A stretch of 64,000 nt of DNA from Sphaerodactylus townsendi (GCF_021028975.2 NC_059427.1:125178001-125242000), one strand, 5' to 3'; shown: positions 1 through 10,658, counted from the first letter of the stretch. A program made the numbers and translations. The notes: generated by a model from the letters alone, not told the origin.

Positions 1-412
1 CAGGAAACAGCATGAAGTCCCTTTCTTCCAACACCTTGCAGGGTCTCCTCGCCTGTGAAATGGGTGCTGGATCAAAGGGGAGACCCATGCGGGTGATCCA
101 GATTCTGCCAGGCTCTGCACGTGGCGGGCAGCGAAAGGCAGAAACAGAACGTGTCAGCCGACTGGGGCTTGGGAGAGGGGAGCCGGGGGCGTCGGTCGGT
201 CACGGGAATGAGGAGCGGCGGCTTTCTAGCGAATGGGTCGGGGGAGGAGGAGAGGGGCACTGCAGGCTTCCAAATAACAACTGAGAGCCGCGAAGGCATT
301 TTCTCATACTCCTCCGGAGGGAAGTGCTGCCCAATTCAATCAGAGGCTTCCTTTCGAGGACCTGTGCGCGGAGACGCAACACTATAGTCTTTATTTAAGG
401 AGAGGCACCCCT

Positions 413-430
413 AATAAATGGACAAATAAA
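413..430 (+). terminator. Tandem AATAAA poly(A) signals, possibly the 3' end of a convergent upstream gene (PCYT2 by synteny)
   Basis: AATAAA at 413 and 425. No coding sequence is visible, so the gene identity is inferred only from human synteny. Confidence 0.3.
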
Positions 431-1376
431 TGTCTTTGCAATCTTTAGAGAGCGGCGAGGGGACCTGTCCATCTTCTGTGGCTGATGGGGGTGGGGGGAA
501 ATACTTCCCAGAATCCGACCTGCAAGAGCTGATCTGGGATTTATTCAGCTCCCCCCCCCCCCCCATCCCTTTTGGAATCGGACCTTTCTATCAGGTTTCA
601 TCCTGCATCTTTCTGGATTAGATCTGATGCCGATTCCATTCTATTTCTCTATTATCAACCGTTGGGCGCCGTCCTCACCAACTCGGAGAGATCCCTTGAC
701 AGGATCTTGCTCCAAACGGTCCCGTTTGTACCATTTCTACCCCCTTCTGCCTACTGGATCCGATTAAATGACCTCTGACTTTTCAAAACCTTGTGCTGGA
801 AGTTCCGTTTCGGTAGCCGTGGGAGTTTGTAGCCATATGCCAACCAGGGGAAGAAACACTATGCAGGCACACAGACAAAACAGGATACCTGAAAGACTAA
901 CAAACGTTATTCGCAAAAGTTTATTGTGGAATAGATCTTACGGATCTTAAGGGCAGCACTGGAGTCCTGTTCAGTTAGGGCATTCGTATCCTATCTGACA
1001 GCCTTCTAAAATGTTCTGCCATCTTTGTTGGGATTTGGATTGGGTACTGTAAGAGTCTTAGGTTTATTTTAGGTTTTAAAAAATAAAAATAATAAAAATA
1101 AAAATCGCGGGACTTGGATTATCTGCGGGATGACCCCCCCCCCCCGAAAAGCACTTTAAGCCATTTTATGGAAACAAAGAAGAACACAAGAGCGGTTTAA
1201 GGCGCATTTATTATGGGATGCAGAAGGGGAGGAAATGAAGAATGTCCCTCATCCTGCCCGCCATCGCTCCAGGAGAAAGATTCGTCCCGTCTTTCTTCTG
1301 CCTGCCTGCCTTTCTTCCCCTCGCCCGGTCCGGGTGTTCCGCTCGGGGTTTCCAGGGCAGCCTGCCTCCCTCGCTC

Positions 1377-2402
1377 TCAGGGGGTGGCGCAGTCCGCGGG
1401 GTCCAGCGAGACGGTCACATCGGCCTTGCACTGGATGATGCTGGGCACGCTGGGCAGCAGCTGGCAGCTCTGCAGCTCCGGAGCCACTTCTTTCACGCAC
1501 ACCGCCTGGCGGAGGGGGAAGAGAGCCAGGGTGAGAGGGCTGGGGGACTGGGACGGGGGAGACGTCGCTAGAGCCGCGCTTTCTCCGTCCGCTCCCTCGG
1601 CCAAGCCAGCTCGCTGACTGTACAGAGAGTAAAGCAATCGGGCTTCCTTCCCCATAAGCACGCTCTAGGATCGCCCCGGCCGTCTCCAGCGGCAGCCCCC
1701 ATCTCCCGAGCTATGTCGAGAGGCTGCCTGGCTGGGACGGCCCGGCAAATCCCTTGCCCGAGGAGAAAGAGCGGGCCAGACGGCTCCCCTGCCCCGAGTT
1801 TGCAAGGGTCAGTCTTGGCCGTTTTCTTTCTGTTGCAACGCGGAGCTGAGCACTTTTCAGGAGAGAAGGCACAGCGGCTGCCCCGCCACCTCGAACGCCG
1901 GGCAGCAGCAGCGGCAGCCACCCCCTGCCGGGACACGGAACTAAAGCAGCCAGCCACACACCCCCTCCACCCCTCTTGAAGACTCCGAGCCGACCACGTG
2001 CGGCTCCAAGCGGCACTCTTCCCAGTTCCCGCCTTCCCGGGTCGGAGCCCTCCGCTCTCCCAGGGGGCGCTGCCCCACCTTGCCCCGCCCGTCGCGGCCG
2101 CCACTCACCAGGCTGCGGAGCCCGCCGGGGCCCTGGCGCGGCTCGGCCATCAGGAAGGCGGCGAGTCCGGCGGGCGCGGCTGCCTCGGCGCTACTGCTGC
2201 TGCTGCTGCTGTCGGGGCCGCCGCCGCCGTCGTCCGAGCGGCGCATGTAGGGCGAGCGGCGGACGCCGGACAGCAGCCCCGAGGCTCTGCCCACCGAGTA
2301 GTAGCTGGGGCCGGCCGCTTGCTTGTACCACGCCTGGGCGGGCGGGCAGAGCAGCGCGGCCAGGGCCAGGCAGGCGAGCGCCAGGGTGGGGGGTCCCCGC
2401 AT
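1377..2402 (-). CDS. NPB: Neuropeptide B precursor, 140 aa; coding exons 2402-2109 and 1505-1377
   Basis: Signal peptide, then [31 protein letters not shown] (NPB23/29 with dibasic sites). Donor CTG|GTGAGT at 2109 and acceptor CAG|GCG at 1505, both phase 0. Exon 2 encodes [14 protein letters not shown]...[14 protein letters not shown]. Position next to ANAPC11 is syntenic. Confidence 0.95.
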
Positions 2403-2458
2403 GGTGTGTTTGACTGCCGCGTCTCAGGCTCGGTCTGGGCACCGGCCGGCGGCTGCGG

Positions 2459-2464
2459 TTTATA
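2459..2464 (-). promoter_or_regulatory. TATA box of NPB, within a CpG island
   Basis: TATAAA on the minus strand about 57 nt upstream of the ATG, with a GC box just upstream. The region from about 1.3 to 2.9 kb is CpG-rich. Confidence 0.75.
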
Positions 2465-4922
2465 TCGGGGAGGCGAGAGCGGGGGCGGCATGGCTCAGCC
2501 TCCTCGCCGAGCACCCCAGCACCCAGGAGCGAGCGAGCGAGCGAGCGGGCGGGGGTGGGGGCAGCAGCAAGAGACGGCGGCACCCCGCTGGAAGCCGAGA
2601 CGCTGCAAGATCCCGAGGCGGGAGAGCGGAGACGCTTCTTAGACGGGAAGCTCACCTGCCGCATAGGTGGCTCCCGCGAGCAGTTTTGGGACGCCAGTTT
2701 CTGAGGCCAATAGGACGCTTTGGAAGGGATGCCCCAAATTGGATGCCCGGTTTTGAACATCCCTTCCAAAGCGAGGAGATGCCAGGCTTGCCGCCGGGAG
2801 CGAGCAAAAGTGGCAGCCACCCCCAAGCGCTCCGTCCACCGTGACTTGGCCAGAGGTTTAGCCGTGGCGTCCCCCTTGCCCCCTGGGTTTCTGTGACCGC
2901 TCTGAAAAGTCTCTGGGGTCAGGACTCAGTTGGGAGGAGGGCGAGGAAGCGCGTGAGGTGTTTTTTCAGATGCCTTCTCATACAACGGGCTTAGTATGGG
3001 TTGGCTTCGTTTTAAGCAATTACCCCATGGGGTGAGTTTCAGGGGTATTCTCAGACACCGTTTGGCTCCCTACATTGAGTTCAGGGCACTCAGAACCGCA
3101 ACCAACTTGCGAGAACGAAGCTCAGTGTCAAAGAGAAAGCTCTTCCTGCTTCCCCAGCCTGATTACCTGGGGAAATTGAAACACTTAGGGCGTGCAAAAG
3201 ATGCGATTTAGCGATTTTTACCTGGCTAGGGCAAAGCAAGATCCCAGTGCGTCTTAATAAGCTACCAGTAACCACAAAATAAACAGATTTTTTTTCAGCA
3301 AGGTGTAGAATTTATTGAGGGCAGGGGAACTGAAAAAGTTTTCTTCAGCATGTGTGTATGAAAATAAGAGAAACTGAAAGAGAATCAAGCCAGAGGCTGA
3401 AGCAGGGAATGGCTAGAGAAGAGGGGAGTGGGTTGAAGTTTGGGAAAGCAGAGGTTTTAAGAGAAAAAGAGTTTGCCTATCCTCAGTCTGGTGAGCTGGT
3501 TAGGGTAGGTAATCTGTTTAGATGACCCAGAGATTCCATGTAGGGACCTTTAGACAGAACTGCCCAAGGATTTGCTGATTCTAGGATGCAAGCTCTGAGC
3601 CAGCAGAAGGGTAAAACTGCACAATTTTGGCTGACAAAACAGTGACAGTTGTACACGCTGGCAAACACACAAAAAAATCAAATAATCGTAGAGTCCAGGA
3701 ATTCACAGTGAGAATCTGCAGCTTTGAGTGAATTGTGGAGGAGGGGGCTTCCTGGAAAGAAAACAGCAGGTACAAAATGCAATCATGGTGAACAAAAGGG
3801 CTGTCAGGGTGGAGGCTTCACCTATGCCTGAGGCAGATTGGGAGGGACCCTTCAGACAAGGTCAGTAAGATCAATCAAGTTGTGACAATCAAGACCCCAT
3901 CTTGGTGATGAAGGCAAAGTCAGCATGCAGATGTCCCATCCATGAATCCCCCCACCCAAGTTGTCCACTTGCTAGCATAGCCTGAGGAGAGCCAATTTAG
4001 CCAAGATGAAGTTGAGGAAGACGGCACAGAGTTAAAAGAATTTCAAAATCTTTTCACCATGCAAGCTTATTTAGATGCATTTTAATGACTATAACTCCAG
4101 GACCAGGTACATGCTGGTTAATCTAAGATAAATTATTTAGACATTTAAACCCTACTTCCCACCCCCAATGGGGCTCACAGCCATTTTATATGTGTGTGTG
4201 TTCTGAAGTTCTTTTATATATATGACATATACATAGTTAAAAAGAATTGAGCAATCTTGAATTTGCTGCTTTTTTGGGGGAATCTTATCAATTTCTCAGC
4301 TTTTCAGGATCATGCAGTTCTGTTGTTTTCCTGTCTCACTATCTCTGTTTCCTGGTTCCCCCCACCCCTTGATGGTCCAGAAAACTGCCCCCTTGCTGAA
4401 GAAGCAGGCAGACAAGGATGGAGCATTTTATCTTGGGTTGCAATTTGTAGAATTAGGTACATGCAGACCCCACAGCAGTAGGTGAAGAACCTGGATCAAA
4501 GTCTAGTGTGTTTTTTACTGCCCTCTGGTGCTGTTTTCCAATTGTGCAGGCTGTTATTTGAGCGAAAGGCTAGCTAGCCCATCTGGAAAAAGACTTCTAC
4601 CCCTGAATATTTTACAGTGGGGTCGGGGATATGGTGCAGGACACTTATATGAAGCTATTGCACAAAAAAACCTTGTATGTATTGAACTCCTGTTAATTTT
4701 AATGGGATATCGATGAATGTGTAATTGGAACTGTGCAATGTGAAATATTCATGACCATGCATAAAGATTAACTTGCCAGATTTCAGATGCCTTGGTAGTG
4801 CTGGCTGTATAGAAAACTTTGGCAGGTGACTCAGTAGGGATCTGCAAATAGCAAGAAACTACAATATGATCAGTTTCACTTAGTTAAACGTTTGTGTGTG
4901 TGTGAGGGATAATTATAGGGTA

Positions 4923-5837
4923 CTAGCGGGCCCGGCCACACGTTGCTGTGGCAATTGTCCTCATCACAGTCCGCAACCCACACAAATGTCCATGCAGGAC
5001 CAGTGATCCCCAGCATAGCCTTTTGGGGTGGTCAAATAGAATCCCTCTTTCCCTTTTCAATGCACATTGTTATAGGGTGCTGTCTTTTTTTTTAGTATAA
5101 GGTAACCCTTTTTATTCTACAACAGAACTATCCAGAGTTCGAATCCCGCTGTCCATGAGGCTGGTTGACACGCACAGTCCTGGCTTGGGTAAGGCAGAAC
5201 TGGGGCAAGCAGGCTATCCCAGTCAGGCAGCAGAGGCAGGGTGGTGAGGCGCTCAGATCGAGGCCAGCTCCCTGGGTTCTTAGAGGGCCATGTGCAAAAG
5301 AAGTGGAGCCAGTAGTGTTGGTTCGCCCCCACCTCGCAGATTGTCTTAGAAGAAAAAGGCAAACTCCAGCTCGTTTTTAGTAAAAGAGAGCTGTGGCGAA
5401 TATGGGTGAGGAAGTGGGTAAGTGGTGGTTGGATGTGCGGGAGGGCAGAGTGAGGTGTGTGAGGATGAGCTGGATGAGTATTGTGTGGTAGCAGTGGGTG
5501 AGGCACAGAGAGTGAAAGTTACCTGCATGTGAGGGGGGAACCCCACCTGACGTGTCACACAGCAAAGTGTGTATGTGTTTCACTTCCACTCGTATTACCT
5601 AACAGTATTGCCTATTTACTGTTTTCACTGCTCATCTCTGCCCATCTGCACGAACATTCTAAGCCCTCATACCAAGCCCTCAGGCCACAGACAGACAGGC
5701 TGCACGAACATTCTAAGGGTGACAGTTGAACACAAACAGCTTCATGGCCTAGTGCGCCAGGAAAAAGACATTTTACCTGCCTCAGGTATGGACTTTCGGT
5801 GATTTGAAGGTCTGATTACCTGCCCGCAACAGGGAGA
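4923..5837 (-). mobile_element. Non-autonomous Helitron copy A, 3' portion (interrupted by the ERV)
   Basis: The minus strand ends in hairpin GCCACAGCAACGTGTGGC, then about 8 nt, then CTAG|T. It is a near-identical inverted match to copy B (10659-12297). Confidence 0.85.
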
Positions 5838-6296
5838 TGTAGGGGTGAGCCCACGAACCCAGCAGAACCGTAGAAGGAGCGCCAGGTATGCCTGTGCCGG
5901 CTACGGCCTTCCGGGCGCACACGCTCCCCCAACCCACGCTCCCCCATGAGTCACGGGTCATGAACTGCCTGACTCGCGGTCACCAGGTGTCCCATACAAA
6001 GGGACAAAAGGGCCCCTGCCCTCAGGTGAAGATTAGACCCAGACACGGATGCTCCCTCCCGCACGTAGCAGCCCAATGAGATCATGCATCACATGATGAT
6101 CTCCCGACCTCCCGTTCTCCCGCCTGCCTGACCCCCTTACACGCCCCCATTGAAACCCTAATAAAAGGTGTGAAGGGTGAGCGCACGGCAGAGTTGCCAG
6201 GATCACGGGATCCCACGTTTCCTGCCACTGGCTCTCTCCACCAGATGAAATCTCCACGTCTCGTCTCTTCATTGGGGCCTCGTGGGCAAGACTACA
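5838..6296 (+). mobile_element. ERV 5' LTR (459 bp)
   Basis: TGTAG...CTACA termini, followed after 3 nt by a PBS. A second copy lies at 9447-9881 on the opposite strand. AATAAAA (TATA- or polyA-like) at about 6160. Confidence 0.92.
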
Positions 6297-6299
6297 AGC

Positions 6300-6317
6300 T
6301 GGTGCCGAAACCCGGGA
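6300..6317 (+). promoter_or_regulatory. Primer binding site complementary to tRNA-Phe
   Basis: TGGTGCCGAAACCCGGGA is the reverse complement of the 3' 18 nt of vertebrate tRNA-Phe(GAA). Confidence 0.88.
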
Positions 6318-6494
6318 ATCCTCGAACCTCCGCCGTGACTTACCGTCGCCTGGAAAAGGGCTTCTCGGTACCGATCGTCCGCTGGATTGGCGCATCCAGG
6401 GACCCACCCCCTCGGTACCGACCATCCGCTGGATCGGCGCATCCAGGGATTCGCGTTCCAGGACACTCTCTCATCTGACGAACCACCGGTAAGC

Positions 6495-7944
6495 ATGGGC
6501 GCTTGTAAAAGCACGGCTTTTGACAAGCACGTTAGCGAGCTGAAAGCGCTAGCGAAACGCGGCAGGGTCTCCGTAAAGAGAGGGGAGCTGCACGAATTGG
6601 TTGAGGAGATTGATAGGCAATGTCCATGGTACCCAGAAAGGGGGACATTCAATCTTAAGGACTGGGAAAACATCGGGCGCACTCTGCACAGAGAGCCTCG
6701 CGTGCCGATGTCGCTGCTACTGACGTGGAGACAGTGTTATGTCGCCATCAGCCTGCAGGTCCCTGGTGTCTTTGCCATGGATCTCCCTCCTTTTGATCTT
6801 TCACCTTCAATTTCAAGCCCGGAAGTTTCTCTATCCACTAAGCAGGAAGCCTGTCCTTCTCCCGTTTCAAACTCTCCCGCTCGTGCTCTCGCGGCCCTGC
6901 CGCCTCCTCCTTCTGCTCCGCCTTCTGCTCCGCTTCCTCCTCCCGTTTCTAAAGCCACCGCACCTCCGTCAATGCCACGTAATGGCACGAGTTTCAAAAC
7001 TCTAGCAGAGCGTATTACCCACGATCTGCAGAGGAAGGAAACCCTGACGGAAGACGATGCTGATCTCCTCGCCGTCTGCCCAGCCCACTACACTGACCAC
7101 GGGGAGGACGGCGTCATTCAGCGAAGTCGCTTGAGTATCGCCCCATAGGCTATAACGTTCTCACTGAGCTCCGCAAGGCAATACGGGACATGGGGATCAC
7201 CAGCCCCTATGTGAGAGGCATGCTGGAAGCAGTCATACGGAATCACGTAATGGTTCCGGAGGACTGGAAAACCACTTTTCACATGCTCTTGAACCCTGCG
7301 CAATATGTTGTTTGGGAAAGCGAATACTGCCAACAATGCATAAGCAGAGGGGCAGCCTCTGGCGGTGCCTATACTGCCGCGCAGCTCTATGGCTGCAAAG
7401 GCTTCGCCCTTCCCGACGCGCAGATCGTCCTGCCGTTTGTAAGAGTGCCCGCTGCCGGACAGCCAACCCAGAGCTTTTCCAACGTTCGGCAGAAGCCTCA
7501 GGAGCCTTACGCTGAATTCCTGAACAGGCTCCAAGAGGCCCTGCAGAGACAAGTTGACAACGATGCAGCCCAACATGAGCTCCTCATGCGCCTCGCCAAA
7601 GAGAACGCCTTTGCTGAGTGCCGCAGGGCGATCACGGGCTTAGGGAAGAACCCCGAACTGGCCGACATGCTTAAGGCTTGCCAGGATATCGGATCTTCCG
7701 CCCATCAGGCCAGCCTCCTAGCCGCAGCACTCTCCACCACCTGGGGGCAGCCCCAAGACGAGTGCTTCAACTGCGGCAAGCGGGGACACTTCCGGAGGGA
7801 CTGTAGGTCACCCGGTGGGGGGCTTACAATCCCGACGGAGGGGGGTTCTCCCCTGGGAGACGAAGGCCCATAGGAAAGCCCCGGACCAAATGCCCCCGAT
7901 GCCAGGAGGGCTTTCACTGGAGAAGCGAGTGCCCGTCGGGAAAC
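6495..7944 (+). pseudogene. gag: Betaretrovirus-like gag (MA, late domain, CA, NC) with frameshifts at about 7130 and about 7820
   Basis: MGACKS myristoylation start. Class II MA motif CPWYPERGTFNLKDWENIG. PSAP twice. Major homology region SFSNVRQKPQEPYAEFLNRL. Zinc knuckles CFNCGKRGHFRRDC and, in another frame from 7891, CPRCQEGFHWRSEC. Confidence 0.92.
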
Positions 7945-8711
7945 TCTTACCCGGGCCTCTCCCCAGCCCAGGACCAAGGAGGAGAATACTAAACCAGCCC
8001 CGAGAACCAAGGCCCGAACCCAAACCACCGCCTCCCAGCGGTATCTCTCTCTCCTGTACCCAACCTCTTTCTCTCAAGTTCCCCCATGAGATCCTCATTG
8101 CCCCGACCCAGTACAGCGATCCCATCCCCCCAGAGGCCGTCGGGTTAATCTTGCCCAAAGCCTCCGCCACTGAGCAGGGACTGTTTGTCGTCCCGGGAGT
8201 CATCGACTCCACACACCAAGGAGCTGTTCACATTCAGGTGTGGACAAACATCCCGCAGGAGTTGCCCAGCAGAACCAGCTGCGCACAGCTGATCCTCCTG
8301 CCCCACACGCTGCCTGCCGCCGATTCAATAAAGGCCACGAGCCCAGATCGCCATCGGGGCACAACCGGCACCACCGTGGCGGCGGTAGAAAAGCCCATTG
8401 GTAGCTCCCGCCCGTACCTGGAGCTCACTATAGAAGGGTGTCCATTCAAGGGACTTGTGGACACCGGCGCCGACGTAACCGTCATCAGAGCAGCCGAGTG
8501 GCCTGATCAGTGGCCAACCAAGGCTTGCCCGCGCATCTGGGGGGTGGGGGGGAAGCAGACCGCGAGACGGAGCACCTGCCCGCTCACAGTCCGCAGTCCA
8601 GGGCTCGAGCGGCAGCTCACAGTCCGCCCCATCATCTTGGACATCCATGTTAACTTGTGGGGAAGGGATCTCATGAGTCAAGTAAAGACGACTCTAGTCT
8701 GGGATGGATAA
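7938..8711 (+). CDS. pro: ERV pro ORF: dUTPase-like domain plus aspartic protease, reached by a -1 frameshift
   Basis: Slippery heptamer GGGAAAC at 7938-7944, with pro in the -1 frame relative to the second zinc knuckle. dUTPase-like GLIL...VVPGVIDS...AQLILLP. Protease motifs LVDTGADVTVI and NLWGRDLM. No stop codons. Confidence 0.88.
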   Translation, partial: GKLLPGPLPSPGPRRRILNQPREPRPEPKPPPPSGISLSCTQPLSLKFPHEILIAPTQYSDPIPPEAVGLILPKASATEQGLFVVPGVIDSTHQGAVHIQVWTNIPQELPSRTSCAQLILLPHTLPAADSIKATSPDRHRGTTGTTVAAVEKPIGSSRPYLELTIEGCPFKGLVDTGADVTVIRAAEWPDQWPTKACPRIWGVGGKQTARRSTCPLTVRSPGLERQLTVRPIILDIHVNLWGRDLMSQVKTTLVWDG

Positions 8712-9112
8712 ATCCACTCCCGCCATGGCCGCTACCCAGAAGAAGAACAGATAGCAGTGGGCCACGTTGAGATCCCTACCCCCCAGCTCTGACTGTGTTT
8801 CCTACCTCCACCCCAGAGCCCCCGCTCTGGAACACCCTCTTTCTCTCTCACTTTGTTCTATTTTTTCAACCAGCAAAGGCGGGAGGGCCAATTGGCTGAC
8901 TGGCCCTCCCTGGATTAAAATCTGGGCCCATCCTGGTACCGCAGCACTGCCAGGACAGGCCCCAAGTTAAGGGGAGGCCGCCGCCATCTGCACGTACTCA
9001 CAACCTGTTTGGGTTGTGGTCGCCCGGTGCATGGCGTCTTATTCGGCGCCTGGCAACTCTACCAATACCATGTCCAAGGCCAGGCGCCTAGCCGAAACCG
9101 CCCCTTAAGGAG

Positions 9113-9217
9113 TGGTTCACCAGATAAGCCTCTGCCACTCAGGTGGAGGAGTTTGGAATCAGACCAGGTTCTCCAGATCAGAATAGACCTACTCTTAACC
9201 ACTACCCCATGTTGGCT
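9113..9217 (-). mobile_element. 5' half of a tRNA-derived squamate SINE (inverted)
   Basis: The reverse complement reads GGTAGTGGTTAAGAG...CTGGAGAACCTGGTCTGATTCC...GGCTTATCTGGTGAACCA, matching the head of the intact SINE at 44026-44321. Confidence 0.8.
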
Positions 9218-9348
9218 TAGCAATTTGACTTCATACACACACAAACACGAATTTGGTTCTCTGCACTGTAGAAAAAGGAGCATAATTTAGTCTTTTCTGT
9301 TCTGTGCCCTCTGAATTGGGCAGCCACTTTTAATCTGAGATGGGATCA

Positions 9349-9446
9349 TCTATATATATATAAATCTAACAGTGTGTTTGTCCCTGATGGTCTCCCCCAG
9401 AAGCTGCTGGACGGTTCACCCCCAAATTTTCACAGGATGTCCCTCC
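9349..9446 (+). mobile_element. Helitron copy A 5' end, displaced and inverted
   Basis: A|TCTATATATATA... matches the first 100 nt or so of copy B. It stops at the ERV insertion point. Confidence 0.85.
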
Positions 9447-9881
9447 TGTAGTCTTGCCCACGAGGCCCCAATGAAGAGACGAGACGCGGAGATTTCATCT
9501 GGTGGAGAGAGCCAGTGGCAGGAAGCGCGGGATCCCGTGATCCTGGCAACTCTGCTGTGCGCTCGCCCTTCACACCTTTTATTAGGGTTTCAAATGGGGG
9601 GCATGTAAGGGGGTCGGGCAGGCGGGAGAGCGGGAGATCATCATGTGATGCATGATCTCATCGGGCTGCTACATGCAGGAGGGAGCATCCGTGTCTGGGT
9701 CTAATCTTCACCTGAGGGCAGGGGCCCTTTTGTCCCTTTGTATGGGACACCTGGTGACCGCGAGTCAGGCAGTTCATGACCCGTGACTCATGGGGGAGTG
9801 GGGGTTGGGGGAGCGTGTGCGCCCGGAAGGCCATAGCCGGCAACAGCATGCCTGGCGCTCCTTCTACGGTTCCTGCTGGGT
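9447..9881 (-). mobile_element. ERV 3' LTR, inverted, missing about the first 19 nt
   Basis: Reverse-complement match to 5857-6296, with scattered substitutions and one short indel. Confidence 0.92.
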
Positions 9882-10032
9882 GACCTTGGCCTAGTCACAG
9901 TTCTTCGGAACTCTCTCAGCCCCATCTACCTCACAAGGTGTGGGGAGAGGAAGGGAAAGGTGCTTGTAAGCCACCTTGAGTCTCCTTACAGGAGAGAAAA
10001 GATGGGGAATAAATCCAAATTCTTCCTCCTCC
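9870..10032 (+). mobile_element. 3' half of the same SINE
   Basis: CTGCTGGGTGACCTTGGCCTAGTCACAG...GTCTCCTTACAGGAGAGAAA...AAATCCAAA tail, matching the 3' half of the other SINE copies. Confidence 0.8.
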
Positions 10033-10658
10033 GATTTTACAGAAAATTTTGCAGAGAGAATTGCATCTGAAATCCATCAGGTCCTTGTATGTTAAGATGT
10101 GTGATTTAGCAGCATAGAAACCAACTTAATTTTATATTACCACTTTGGATGAGACATTTACAGTGCAATCCTAAGAACACTTTCCTGGGTGTAAGGTTCA
10201 TTGAATAGACCTGTGTCGGATTGAAAGTAGACCTGCTTAAGATAGTTTTGTAACATACTCTAGCAACATCTGCAGAGTGGAAATGGGAGAATGGATAATG
10301 CACAGAACCTTTGTTGCTGTGCATATATCAAATTAGTTGAAACCTTTTGGTAAATGAAAACAGTGAGAACCAGTCTCTAGGTTATATTGAACTTCTCTTC
10401 AAAGCTATATACTCACAAAGACAGAAGTTGCTTAGGACCAAAGCAGATGTGATGGATTTAGAAAGATGCAACTGTGAATCACTGAGCTGTTTTTTCTTTG
10501 CTTCATAACAGCCAAAGAGATTGCTCATCTGATAATTGTCTAAATGGTTTTTACACCCCAAACCTCATTATTAGCCCTGAGAGAAAGTGTCTTTTCTTCT
10601 GCAAATCTTTTCTCCTACTTTGAAGTAAAGAAATTGTTGGGATCGTAGATCTCCCCCA

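Noticed and set aside
1213-2844. Many overlapping GC-rich ORFs around NPB
   Set aside because: These are by-products of a stop-poor CpG island. Only the spliced NPB frame has family motifs.
5838-9881. DIRS-like element with naturally inverted LTRs
   Set aside because: There is no tyrosine recombinase. It has a PBS, protease and TSD, and the co-inverted SINE and Helitron halves show a secondary inversion.
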